From Azolla caroliniana (Eukaryota > Plantae > Polypodiophyta): a stretch of DNA of 64,000 nucleotides. The stretch is from positions 10,664,001 to 10,728,000 of the forward strand of contig JBHGNT010000011.1 in the NCBI GenBank assembly GCA_043228905.1, in the 5' to 3' direction. Numbering within the stretch: position 1 is the stretch's first letter; each line of letters begins with the position of its first letter. Shown here piece after piece: positions 1 through 11,700 of the stretch. Below the pieces are notes generated by a model, which was not told the origin of the DNA, did not search any database, and saw nothing but the letters and a program-made list of their open reading frames with translations. Both the position numbers and the translations under genes were made by a program.

Positions 1-104
1 TAAAGTTCTTGAACATCGAGAGTGACTACTCACTTTCACATGTATCATGTGAAATGTAATATTTTTGGTCTCATAGGTCATATTTGACCTCCGAAGACGA
101 TAAT

Positions 105-144
<40 letters not shown>

Positions 145-178
145 TCTCTCTCTCTCTCCTTCTCTCTCTCTCTCTGCC
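1..178 (+). mobile_element. 3' terminus of RTEX/CR1-group-like LINE (stem-loop plus (CT)n tail)
   Basis: AGGTCATATTTGACCT hairpin, then GAAGACGATAATATA, then a (CT)n tail. The same tail occurs at 38651 and related tails at about 25190, 29770 and 39656. Confidence 0.6.
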
Positions 179-279
179 TTTGAGAAGTGGGAGAGGGTGA
201 ACAACTACCCAAGCACTCGAAGGAAGGCTCTTGGTTTACGTGCGTACGTTCGCACGCCTTCTTCAAGGTTTGAAGGAAG

Positions 280-1700
280 GCTTGAGGTACATACTCTGAG
301 CCTTCGAAGGTTGCAAGCATATAAGCTAATAACAATGGAAGGGTCATGAAATGGGGTTGCCTCTCACTCTCAAACTTTTGGATCACTCCCTTCACACCAT
401 CAGCAATTAGAGGATGTGTAGCTCAAGGCTCAATTGAACCTTGAAGAAATTAACTTGAGAATACACACTCGCTCCCATCTACAATGCTTGACTTTATTGA
501 TTTTTCCTCATACTCTCATGTCTTCTTAACATGCAAATCCCACTAGGCTAGTGTGGTGTCGATTTTTTCACCTCCCGCAATTCGTAAAACTTTTTTTTGT
601 TCAGATGTTTTGTAGAGAGCTCCAATTCACAACTAAGAATTCCACAATGATTCTCGTAAAATTTGTGAGACATTCACATGAAGAAGAGCCAGCTTCAATA
701 TGAACAACCAAGTTTCTTAAAATGAGTCTCCAAAGTCCATCAAAGTGAGGGTTTGAAGTTTCAAGTAACCAACAAAGAGTTAAATGAGCATGGCAAAGCT
801 AGCTAGGGACTTGAATGAGGCTCATCAAGAACTCCAATAAGGCTTGTGACAAGTTATGTCCAACCACTTGACTCCTATTGCATTTGTACAATTGTAGTTC
901 TCAATTACATGAATTTTATTGTTTGCCTCATCTACATGCAAAATAGGTACATCCACATTGGTCCTAATCGTGATTATGTGGGTAGCAACATCAAAGGGAG
1001 TAAAATTGTGCAAGGGGAGACATTTGCAATGATTGAGTTAACATTTCCTATAATTTTCTTTAATGGGGTCTTCACACAACATAGGCCATTTAACAAAAGA
1101 AGGAAGCACCACAATGTCATACAAGGTCAAAATTTAAAGCAAAGCATTGAAATGTACATTACCCATAATTTGTAATTTATAAGGTGAATGCTGATTAAAC
1201 AAGCAAAGTTGTTTGATTTTTTTGATCAATTATTTTACAATGTAGCCCTATCAATCTCACCTTATAATTACTATAATTACATTTTGAGAAGGCTGGTGAG
1301 TAATCAATGAACAAAATAGTCTAATTTTCCACTATGTTGTGACTTTCTCATATACAAATTATCTACAAATTACTTTGTGATTGATAATTAATTTGTTAAT
1401 GCATCATCTAGCAATATCCATGTTATAAATTCTATAACGATGATTAATCTAGGATTTTATGTTATGTATGATCAAGCAATCTACTATGACCATGCTAAGA
1501 TGTTTATTACATTTTGGTTCTCTTTTAGGAATCAAAACCTTTTATGCTAATGGTAACATTGGCCAACAACTTTGAATTATAGCTTATTTGACTCCCATAG
1601 CAAATTACTCATATGATCTAGATGCGTTTCATTCCGTCATTTTCTTCCAATAACTCTATTGCGCTAATAGTTATAAGCCATTGCTTGAGGTATCCTTTTG
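280..1700 (-). mobile_element. Heavily degraded LTR-retrotransposon remnant (possible gag/protease)
   Basis: Only a weak retropepsin-like peptide (…ENYNCTNAIGVKWL, ORF 825-1013). Many stops and no termini found. Confidence 0.25.
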
Positions 1701-2015
1701 CCCATGTGTTGTAAAGATGAATGCCCCTATACTATCTTTACGACATATACAGACTTCAATATCTTGAAATTTTGGGAACCAAATGAACAAAAAACATTAA
1801 CCATCTTCATGGAAAAAGAATAAAGGCATGGGAAAATTATCTGTACACAGTTTATTTGGCCCAAATTTAAGCATTTATCTTTTGTTTTCTTTCCCTTAAT
1901 ACATCAGCTTGAGTTACACACAAGATCCTGCAACATGATCAAGGTTATATATTTTCAATCGGCTTTAATTGATCTCGAACGGGATTTTTATTGAGAAAGA
2001 GTAAAGAGAAATACC

Positions 2016-4485
2016 TCATTTTACTGCACCAAAGAGTTCTTTGACAGATTTGGCCGGTGCATCTATGCGCGATACAATCTCCACAACTTTGAACGAAGCT
2101 TCCGGATACTTCAGAGCTTCGACAGCAACATGGGCAACAGAATCTCGTGAAATGGAGCCCTCGTAAAGTGTATCCTGGGAAACCAATGTGATTGAGATAA
2201 TATTATGATAGCAAGCTTCCCAACTTCATCATTCAGAATCAAAGAGTTTGCCAACAATATCACCATGGAACTCTGCAAACCTCACTTTTTTTTTGTTAGT
2301 TCAAAGTATGTGTTGAAGTTACAGAAGTATTTGTTACCTCTGGTGACATAACAATGTTGCCTTTAGGTGGGTCATTCGTTAAACCTCCAGGTCTTATGAT
2401 TGTATAATCAATGCCAGAACTTCGTATGTAATTCTCCGCTTGCAACTTGGCGATAAGTGTTAATCCAAGTAAATTGAGTACCACATATGCAGGATTCAAA
2501 ATTTGGCCCATGGAAGCACCATTTACCAAGATTGAGCTAATCAAAATAAACCTTTTTATTCCATTCTTCTTGCAAGCATCAACCAGATTAACTGTTCCAA
2601 AGTTGTCAACCTGACGTATTGCATATACAAGGACCACCATGCATAGGTAAGCACAATATTTAACAAAACACAGAGAGAAGAGAAAACGTGAAAGTTGTCT
2701 CTCATGATAATATATTATGTGTATAACACTCTCACATAGATTCTAGTAGCAACTCAATCATGCACCTGTTTGCACACATACAGGAACATAGAAGATTGCA
2801 TGCACATAGTCTTATAATACACGTGAATATCGGATCAAATAACAATAAGAAATCCAGTATAATGATGACAGAATACAAGCCACAAAACGCATAGAGAAGG
2901 AAAATATGAAAGTTATCTCCCATGATAGTAGTATGCCTAGAGCACTCACACAAATAGCTTCTAGTAAGCACTCAATCATACACTTGCTTGCACACATACA
3001 GGGTGTAGAAAAGTGCAACCATACATTCATGTATATATCAATCAAATAACAGTAAGAAATCCAGTATAATGATGATATAATACAAACCAAATTATTGGAC
3101 ACAGAATCATTCAGGGCTTTGATTACTCTCATATTTTCTCAAATGCCCTGAGACACCATACGGAAGATTTCAATGTTGTTGAGTACTTAGGCATGATGAA
3201 CTTCCACAAAACAAAGAGTTTTGCCAAGAATGGCTTTCTCTTAAAACTTGAAGAATGTCGAATGCATTTAAATTCCTTCATATCAGCACAACACTATCCA
3301 TGGGTTGCTATACATATCATTGAGGCAGACATGTACCTTCTTCAGGATCTCCTTGTTATCTATTATTTTATATTAACCTAGGCATAGAACATGGTGACAA
3401 AACAAAACAAATATCACCTTCCAAGGAGCAAATAGGTCAAGAGAACGATTATATCCAGTTGCACATATAACAGTCTCCACATTTCCAATTGCTAGTGCTA
3501 GTTTCTCAGCACCCTCTGTAACATCCGCTTCTACCTGTGCACATACATTGTAAAGCAACAAGAAGTATATGACACATATTTACTTATATGAAACACCTTT
3601 AAGTTGAGAATAATCTATATTTGTGATTTTCTTTCTGAAAAAACCTGATTTGCAAACAAATTTTCTGCTAGCCATCAATCGTGTTTCCATTTTCATGTGT
3701 AGAATAATACAAATTTATGGGAAAACAGGAGTTAACTGAGGATTTAAACACTATTAATTCAAAAGCGCCCAATAGATTTAAAAAAATACAAGCTTTGCTT
3801 CAAAAATCCTCGACAGTCCAATGCCTCTTCATTAGCTGGAATCTTAGTTGATGCCATTATAAAAATAAAATGGTAAACCTCTGAAACTTTACCTCATTTT
3901 GTGAGCAAGAAGCACACAATAGCGCCAAATCAAATGTTTAAAAATGAATATGATTATGATTACTTACACACATTATACACAATTTATATTGCACGGCATG
4001 CAAATTAGAATGAAGCAGAAAAATGTGATTGCTTGCAAATTCAACACAAATGTGGTTATATGCAAAGAAAAGGAAGGATTTGGATGTGGTAACTTACAAG
4101 TTCAACATTGGCATTGGTTGGAAGGATGTTAGAAGCGGTCTTGAGGTCTCGAACCCCTGCTCGCACTTTATATCCACAAGAAAGCAGCTCTTTCACGATA
4201 CGTTTTCCGGTATTTCCACTCGCCCCTGCAACAAACACTCTTCTGGTACCTGTTTCTTCTTCTGGTGCATTGTCCTGGATGTACAGTTCAAGCGAAGTAA
4301 TACAATGAAGGGCAATATGAAGCAAGAATGCATTCAGAGAGTCAAAAATACAAAGGGAGAAAGAAAGAAAGAAAAATACATTCAAGAAGCTAAAGAAAGA
4401 TAATGCATACAAGAGAAGCTAAAGAGAGACAGGAAAACATGCTCTTGATTTTGTGTCTCCATATCGTTCACTGTAGCCCCCCAAC

Positions 4486-4526
<41 letters not shown>

Positions 4527-4832
4527 AGATAAGCTAAAGAATATAGAAATACATGCATTAAGAGAACATATGGAGCATGAAAATTCCGGTGAGCCAGAAC
4601 GAAGACAGGACGAAAACGAATGAATAAAAGAAGAAAGAAGAAAGGGCAGAAGCACAGAAAGACATAGATTCACAAGAGAAGGTGAATGTTAAGGAAAGAC
4701 AGAAAAGGGAAGAGCCAGTGAGCTTTAGTAGAATACCTTGACAGAGGCTCTTGCAAAAGCAGATTGCCGAGGAATGAATGCAGAAGAGGTGTAGAAGGTT
4801 CCATGGAATGGCAGGAGCAAAGACTTCATCAT
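2016..4832 (-). CDS. NAD(P)-binding Rossmann-fold (NmrA/NAD_binding_10-like) protein, At2g34460-like, probably chloroplast-targeted; about 273 aa
   Basis: Five GT-AG exons join in frame: 4832-4737, 4274-4098, 3534-3418, 2610-2338, 2174-2016. Motifs: VFVAGASGNTGKRIV, VDNFGTVNLVDAC, YTIIRPGGL, GSISRDSVA. Exon 1 is Ser-rich and resembles a transit peptide. An extra micro-exon between exons 1 and 2 cannot be excluded. Confidence 0.9.
2740..3090. repeat. Diverged ~215-bp tandem duplication in intron 3
   Basis: TTCTAGTA…CTCAATCAT…TGCACACATACAGG…AAGAAATCCAGTATAATGATGA…ATACAA occurs at about 2740-2885 and 2958-3090. Confidence 0.7.
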
Positions 4833-4976
4833 CACCACTATCTCATCTCCGAGGCTCCTCTGTGTTCTTTCTGTTTCTTTTATATATATATATATATATG
4901 AAATGAATCTGAGGTGAGAAAGAAGGAAAGAAGAAGAGTGTAGAGTAGAAGGAATGGCACTCAAGACAAAAATTAT

Positions 4977-5250
4977 GGAGACCAAAGAAAGGCTCTTCTG
5001 AGTTCACCGATCCGGGAGTTCTCGAATGGACAGGCAAGGCAGGGCGATTAATCTACACTTGACTTCACATATGGACAGGCAAGGCAAGGCGATGTTGAGA
5101 GACCAAAGAAAGACTCTTGTGAGTTCACCGATTCGGAGTTCAGGAATGGATAGGCAAGGCAGGGCGATGAATCTACACTTGACTTCACATATGGACAGGC
5201 AAGGCAGAGCGATGAATCTACACTAACTTCACATATGGCTAGGCAGGGTC
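4977..5250. repeat. Compound tandem repeat (~120-bp unit containing ~45-bp subunits) upstream of the Rossmann-fold gene
   Basis: GAGACCAAAGAAAG…GAGTTCACCGAT occurs twice. ATGGACAGGCAAGGCA…GCGAT-type subunits occur 4-5 times, three of them with AATCTACACT…ACTTCACAT. Confidence 0.85.
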
Positions 5251-5399
5251 ATGATGAGTCCATGATCTCATCGTCTTGCCTATCATGTCCATTCGAGACG
5301 GAAAGCTCAATCAGCTATGCACACGAACTTCATGTCCTACTCGAAATTCACCGATTTTATACCACATTATTGAGTTGCCCCTACGAGCTCAACTCCAAA

Positions 5400-6069
5400 T
5401 CCACCTTTCCTTGTAACGGGTGTAGCGTCCATGGGAACTATAGATTCCTTGAGCCCGACGATGACCTCCATCTCTCCGATTGTCATGGAATGTGTCGGTG
5501 CCGAGATATTGAAATGTGAATGTTATACCCAATATGCAGTCATTATGGGAGTAACAGATTCTTTGTTGACATTGAATCAACAGGCATTCAACCTAATGAA
5601 TACTTTACCGAATATTCTGGAACCAATGTTATGACCTGAAATATGCACTATTAGTTGGCCCTTGGATGGATGGTGGAAGGAGAGAATGCATAGTTGTTTG
5701 CCACAAGGATAAACCATCATTATTACACATAGTTTTGGAACTAGCAGTTATAGACAATAAGACTTTTTTTACCAAGGTTAAGAAAATGAGAGCATCTACA
5801 TGAAAACATGCTCTATCTTGCAAAGTTCTTAATGTTATCTCATACAATACACGACATTTCTTGCATATCCTTGAGAAAATTTTGTGTTCTCTCTATTTCA
5901 TCTTGATGAATAATCAATATTGATAAGGGCTTGTGGCTAAAAACCGTACATCAACATAAAAGAGTTATATCTAGTTGGAGTATGTTTAGAACGATTACAA
6001 GGTAACTCTAACAAGTGGAGACATTTCTCCCATTTTGTCAGCTTCTTTCCACATAGGCTTGAAGCGTAT
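5400..6069 (-). mobile_element. Degraded L1-type LINE RT fragment (host of the copia insertion)
   Basis: Residual motifs DNI, ALIFL, TASSK..CNNDG and TFQYLG appear in L1 RT order on the minus strand, with many stops. Confidence 0.45.
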
Positions 6070-6170
6070 TGTTAATAATTAGGTGATTAACTACGGGTTA
6101 ATTAGTACCTAAATATGTGATTAGTTGATAAGCGGAAGATTAAGTGATATGTGTGTCTATGTGTGTGAGA

Positions 6171-6221
<51 letters not shown>

Positions 6222-6324
6222 ACACACACACACACACACACTTATGAACAACACAAGATGGGGGATGAGTAAGTATATTAAATTAGCATTATCATCATCC
6301 CCCATCTTGTGTTATTCATAAGTG

Positions 6325-6398
<74 letters not shown>

Positions 6399-6475
6399 CA
6401 CTTAATCTTCCGCTTATCAACTAATCATATAATTAGGTACTAATTAACCCATAGTTAATCACCTAATTATTAACA
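6070..6475. repeat. Fold-back palindrome in the 5' LTR position of Copia-1
   Basis: Arm 6070-6268 is the reverse complement of 6295-6475 (TGTTAATAATTAGGTGATTAAC…GTTAATCACCTAATTATTAACA), with a 26-nt loop. The arms differ by a few substitutions and in microsatellite lengths. Confidence 0.95.
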
Positions 6476-6487
6476 TGGTATCAGAGC
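6476..6487 (+). promoter_or_regulatory. Primer-binding site, tRNA-iMet
   Basis: TGGTATCAGAGC directly after …TTAACA. Confidence 0.95.
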
Positions 6488-7090
6488 GTGTGGTTTAGAA
6501 AATCCACTAAGCCCACCCGACTCTGTGATTGTGTGTTCAAGACGCCGACGACAAAATCCAGCTATCAGCTACCGTAGTGCCGCTACGTAGCACGTGTACG
6601 TGATCGAAGGAAGAAAAGCAAAAGAAGAGAAGACACTACAATCAACATGAACACACAAATGGGTAGCTCGCTCCCTAGTGAAAAGCTAGACCGGAGCAAT
6701 TATTCATCTTGGGAGTACAAGATGACCCAATACCTCGTCAACCAAGGGTATTGGAGCTACCTCAACAACGCACAAGAAAATCGACCCGACCCAAAGAATG
6801 CCGACTACGCAACATGGGAGCAAGCGGCTAGTCGAGTCATGTATTGCTTGGCAACATGTGTCCAAGACCACATGCTTAGCAATATTCGAGACGCCAAAAC
6901 GCCTAAAGAAGCATGGGTGAACTTAAAGAAAATGTTCGCCGCCAACACAACTGCCCGAAAGCTTCAACTCCGACAAGAGTTGAACAACATTCGGCAAAAA
7001 GACATGTTTGTGTCGGACTACACCACCAAGATCAAGAGCATTTGTGACTCGCTTGGCTCCATCAAAATAAACGTCGACGAAGACGAGATG

Positions 7091-7710
7091 AATCGGAAAA
7101 ACAAACCGGTTTCATCCATATTGTAAGCATTGTTAGGATCATACTCATTGACTATAGCATAAAGCTTTTCCAAAGAAGCCAACAATTCAAGGTCATTTCT
7201 ATCAACTACCCCTCCTTCCCCATATAAATTAATAGTATTCAAACATTGACGATGACGAAATTTCCTAAACCAGCCCCAAGTTGCTTTGAAGTCATTGTCA
7301 GAAATATTCATTTCTGATGCCAATCATCGAGCCTTCTCCATAATAACGGATGGAGGAATGCAATTGACAATCGATGAGATGCATCAATCCTAGCATACAA
7401 GTATTCCTCTAATTCAGGATATGTTCCTTTTGATCCTCTAAAAGTTGTTTTTCTTGCATTGTGATCTTTTTGTTGAGCACGCAATCGTATCTCATCTTTC
7501 TTCTTGATCAAACTTCTAATACCGGATTCACTTACACCAAATTGTCTACCTATGTTACGAAGAGAAGGAAATGATGGTTGTTCCAATAACTCCAAATTTT
7601 GTAGCCTTTGTTCATCATTCAAACGAAGTCCAACACCTCGCTTATGGGTTAAATTCATCTCTGTAATATGCAATGCTAATTAGCTAAATTCACCTCAATA
7701 TTTCGTTCCC
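7091..7710 (-). pseudogene. Fragment of pogo/Tigger (CENP-B-like) transposase inserted in Copia-1 gag
   Basis: HTH-psq-like SLRNIGRQFGVSESGIRSLIK, CENP-B HTH (YPELEEYLY…FKATWGWFRKFRHR) and the DDE_1 start YNMDETGLFFR. Gag resumes as ICLGGL, collinear with Copia-2 (VDEDKMVQICLGGL). Confidence 0.85.
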
Positions 7711-8117
7711 TATATGCTTGGGTGGCCTCGCACAATGATTCGACTCGTTGAGGATGGCAATCTTGGCTAGGGAAAACCCTCCTTCATTCTTTGACCTCCA
7801 ATCAATGCTATTGGTCGAAGAGAACCACGTCCGAACCAAAAGAAAGACGTCGAAAGGACAAATGTTCTTCTCGAATTCGGACGGTGGCTGACGAGGAGGT
7901 CACAGCGGTAGAAGAGGTCAATTCGACCCATCACACGAAGGGAACTCAAACCTTCACGGAAGCCATCGAGGAACCTTCAGAAGAAGGGGGGAGCTTCCAC
8001 ACCGAACATGGTCGGCAAACGAGGCCCGCAACTTGCAATTATTGCGGCAAAATCGGCCACTACGAGTCAGAGTGTCGGAAAAAGAGAAGTGAGTCGACTT
8101 CAACAAGTCGACAACTC

Positions 8118-8261
8118 ACAAACTACGCATCGAACTCCAACTACGAAAATCGTAGTGGAATGTTCACGAATCACGCATCGAATTCCGACTACGACGATCA
8201 TAGTGAAATGTTTACAAAGTACGCCACAAATTCCGACTACGGCAACCGTGGTGGAATGTTC
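8118..8261 (+). repeat. Three 48-bp in-frame tandem repeats in the Copia-1 gag-protease linker
   Basis: TNYASNSNYENRSGMF / TNHASNSDYDDHSEMF / TKYATNSDYGNRGGMF. Confidence 0.8.
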
Positions 8262-8917
8262 GTAATGAGGCATAGAACGAACTCTATGACGGCCTCCAAC
8301 TCCACAAGCACCTCCAACTTGGAAGACGTGTGGTTCGTCAATTCCGGCGCCTCACATCACATGACATCTCACAAAGAGTGGTTTCGTGGTTTATGAACGC
8401 TGGATCGACCTGACTACATAGAGATGGGAGACGACACCACGCATCCCATTCGGCACATCGGAACCGTTCCATTCGGCAACGATGGCAAGAACAATTGCAT
8501 CAAGAATGTCTTGCATGTGCCCACGATAACGACGAATTTGGTCTCGGTAGGCCAAATCATGGAGCAAGGAATGGAAGTTCGCTTCAACAAAGAAAGATGC
8601 TTCATCGAGAAAGATGGCCAACTCATAGCGAAGGGGCGGAGAGACGGTCGAATGTTCATCCTTGATTCAAACGAGGTGAAATCGGCAATGTATGCTAAAG
8701 GTCTCAAAACTGAGACAAGTATCGAGTTGTGGCACAAGAGAATCAACCACATAAACTTCCAATGGCTCCGAGCAATGCAAACCAAGGGAGTCGTCATCGG
8801 ACTTCTAACATTCGAGTCAAAACGAGTTGACCGAGTATGCGAAGCGTGTCAACTCGGCAAACAACTTCGACTCCCATTCCCGAAGGAGAGCCACGCGAGC
8901 AAAGGCCTCCTCAACGT

Positions 8918-9705
8918 TGTCGTAGTGTATTTCGTACACTACGTGAAAAAGTAAAAATAATATAACCGATTTAATTACATATAAATAAATAAAATAATAT
9001 ATCAAGATATTTATCACGTACATAGGGCAAGATTCGAACCCTATACCTCCACATAGCCAAACCTCAACTTTACCATTATGCTACCTTATCTTTAATGTTC
9101 TACAAATAGATTTAATAACTATAAGTGCTTTATTTGCGCCTACCTTTATTAAAAGGTAAATCATGCATTTTTAGAGTGCGTGAATATTTTATAGAAAAAC
9201 GCAAGCAACCAAAAAGTGACTCATGCACATCTAGCGTGCATGAGCACTATATTTAGCAAATAAAAGCAAGGATTAGAAAAGCATCACATGCACATTTAGT
9301 GTGCATGAACATATTAGAAAAAAGCATGTAGCTATGCTTAGTCTCTCCCATCACTATATAAGGATGGGGAGCACAATGTAATAGGCGTGTGAAATATTTG
9401 GAAATTGGATATATTTCCGAAAACACCAACCGATTAATATAATCGTGGGATTCACGAAAATAATATAATCTATACTTGTGGGATTCACAAGTTTCTTATA
9501 TCTTTCTTTCAATCTAAATACATATTCTTATCTAAATATTGATTAATCGAATAAAATACACTCGTGGGATTCACGAAATTTCTATCTCTCTTTCTAATAA
9601 TCTATACATTACTAGCCTCATCTCATATTCTTCTTTCTCCTAGTCCAAAACCTCGGTGGTTCCCACCCGACTCACGCAAACGATCCGGAGCCGAAAGGCA
9701 CGACA
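8918..9705 (+). mobile_element. Solo LTR of the Trp-primed gypsy lineage, inserted in Copia-1 integrase
   Basis: TGTCGTAGTG…GGCACGACA. The 3' ~70 bp is near-identical to the LTRs at 44106 and 50843. TSD ACGT/ACGT (4 bp). Confidence 0.93.
9021..9090 (-). other. tRNA-like A-box/B-box cassette inside the gypsy solo LTR
   Basis: Minus strand reads TAGCATAATGGTA…GGAGGT…GGTTCGAATC, with tRNA-like spacing. Confidence 0.7.
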
Positions 9706-11027
9706 ACGTCATACACTTGGATGTATGGGGACCAGCTCAAACGCCGACGATCGGCGGATGCCGATACTACGTAACCTTCATCGACGACTACTCCCGCTAC
9801 ATGTGGATCTACCCGATGAAGAAGAAAAGCGAAGTGCTCTCCCACTTCCAAAAGCTCAAGCGTCAAGTCGAAAAAGAAACCGGTCGGCACATTCAATGCC
9901 TACGATCGGATGGAGGAAAGGAGTACTTCTTTGACGAATTCACCTCCTACCTCCAAAGTGAAGGCATTCAAAGAGAATTCTCGTGCCGACACACACCCCA
10001 ACAAAATGGAGTCGCCAAAAGGAAGAATCGACAAATGCTCGAGGTCGCACGTGCCATGATGCATGAAAAGCACATGCCGAATTTCTATTGGGTCGAAGCA
10101 GCATCCACGACCGTCTATCTCATGAATCGATGCACCACCAATGGACTCCATGAGCTAACTCCCTACGAGCTCCTTGTCGGAAGGAAGTTGATCCTGTCGC
10201 ACCTCAAGGTGTTTGAAAGCATTGCGAATGTACGCATCCCGAACCAACACCGAGGGAAGCCTGATGCGAAGTAAGAGGAATGTATCCTCATAGGATACTC
10301 ATCCGCGAAGAAGGCATACAAGTGCTACAACCCTTCTACCCGAGCGGTTCGAGTAAGTCAAGATGTAGTCTTCAACGAGTCCGCATCTTGGTACGCACCA
10401 GAGACAACTTCGACTCCGACTCTACTCGACCCGGAATCCACCGAACAAGAGGTAGAAGATGGAGATCGCTTCGAACACATGTTCGAAGAAAGTTCGATTA
10501 CGGCAAGGCCTAGTGGGCCACAAGAGCCCCCTCGCGGCCCAGGCACGTCGTGGCCAAGTACGAACTTGGACAAAGGCAAAGGTAAGATGCTCGAATACGA
10601 AGTCGACCACCCTGACGACAATGATTCGGATGGATCGGCTCCCTCATTAGACAGTGAGTTTGGTGTACCCATCATGCGTACACCCGGAGTAAAGAAGGCG
10701 CTCACATCGGCGAGCGAAAAACTTCGACACTCTTCTAGAGAGAAGAATCTCGTCACTCGGCTCAGCTACAATGAGTATATGGCCCATCATTACACCTTCG
10801 CAATGAAGGTAGCGGTTGAACAAGAGCCTGAGAGCTCTACAGAAGTAGTTTGTAACCCGTGATGGGTGAAAGCACTCGGCCAATTTTGCACAAGCCTTCA
10901 CCACAGGCTTGAGGGGGAGGAACCGAAACTGCCACAAAGAAGTCAACGCTGAAAGAAACAATACCGACCATCCAAAGCCGAAGCCGATTCAACCGAATCG
11001 ACGATCGTGCTTGAGCTTGAGGGGGCG

Positions 11028-11136
11028 TGTTGAGAGATCAAGCTCGTCAACATTTCTAACTAGATTCTATCTAGGTAACTACGAAGTTACACGGTTGACT
11101 AACTAACTAAACTAAGTTGAGCTTGATCTCTCAACA
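11028..11136. repeat. Fold-back palindrome in the 3' LTR position of Copia-1
   Basis: TGTTGAGAGATCAAGCTC…GAGCTTGATCTCTCAACA forms perfect 18-bp arms with an inner GTCAAC/GTTGAC pair, immediately after the PPT. It resembles the U3 start of the Copia-2 LTR (TGTTGAGCAAGCAAGCTCAACTAG). Confidence 0.92.
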
Positions 11137-11176
11137 CATATCTTCAATTATTTGGTTAACACATTTATTTTGTCCA

Positions 11177-11700
11177 TTACATTACTAATAATATGAGGAA
11201 CTTGTGCTCAAAGTGGTTTCCGCCTTTTGAAAGACTTGGGTTCAAATCAAATAGTATACTGACTACATCCATCGGTAACATGTAAAATTGGAATATCTTG
11301 ACAAAAAACTTGTAAGCCAATTCATGAGTTGTTATTGTGATTTTAGTTGGTATAAACCTCACTAGTTTTGTAAGTTGATTGATAACAATTCATGTAGAGT
11401 CATGACATCTTTTTGTTCAATGTAGGTTAACAATAATAACAATAAACCCCATACATTAACTTTACGCCACTCAACCCTAATAGTTGTTACTTTGTTAAAG
11501 CTTTGCTTTATGATTTTATATAGAAAAACAAACAAAGATGCTAAGGATAATGTAAAACAGAATGTTGTGGAGGTGGTGATGGAGACCAAGTCCATGTTGG
11601 CAACATTTCACTGGTTTTATAGATTGCGGAGTTAATTTGTATTTCACTAGTAAACTTCCTTTGGTATTAAGGATTAAGCAATGGTTGAATTCATTCATAA
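11177..11700 (-). mobile_element. Degraded gypsy integrase fragment
   Basis: RFIPTKITITTHELAYKFFVKIFQFYMLPMDVVS resembles the gypsy integrase core (HFIP…GLP..IVSD). Confidence 0.5.

Larger units (their letters stand above)
6070..11136 (+). mobile_element. Non-autonomous Ty1/copia element (Copia-1) with palindromic ends; RT/RNaseH largely deleted
   Basis: TG…CA ends and TSD CGTAT/CATAT (4/5). PBS at 6476. Gag from 6647 (UBN2-like, zinc knuckle CNYCGKIGHYESEC), protease (NSGASHHM), GAG-pre-integrase and integrase (9706-10400). RT start NP*WVKA is fused near 10875 to the RNaseH end. PPT TTGAGGGGGCG at 11017-11027. Confidence 0.92.

Noticed and set aside
78-395. ORF with an ER-repeat tail, and similar SL/ER-repeat ORFs
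   Set aside because: Translations of (CT)n/(GA)n microsatellites.
4440-4485. Possible micro-exon of the Rossmann-fold gene after the (CT)n tract
   Set aside because: No convincing in-phase GT donor was found, and exons 1 and 2 already join in frame.
6070-6475. Stand-alone MITE or MIRNA hairpin
   Set aside because: It abuts the PBS exactly and shares a TSD with the far end at 11136, so it is the copia terminus. It could still yield small RNAs.
9021-9090. Functional tRNA gene
   Set aside because: The anticodon and acceptor stems do not pair properly. Reported only as a tRNA-like A/B-box cassette.
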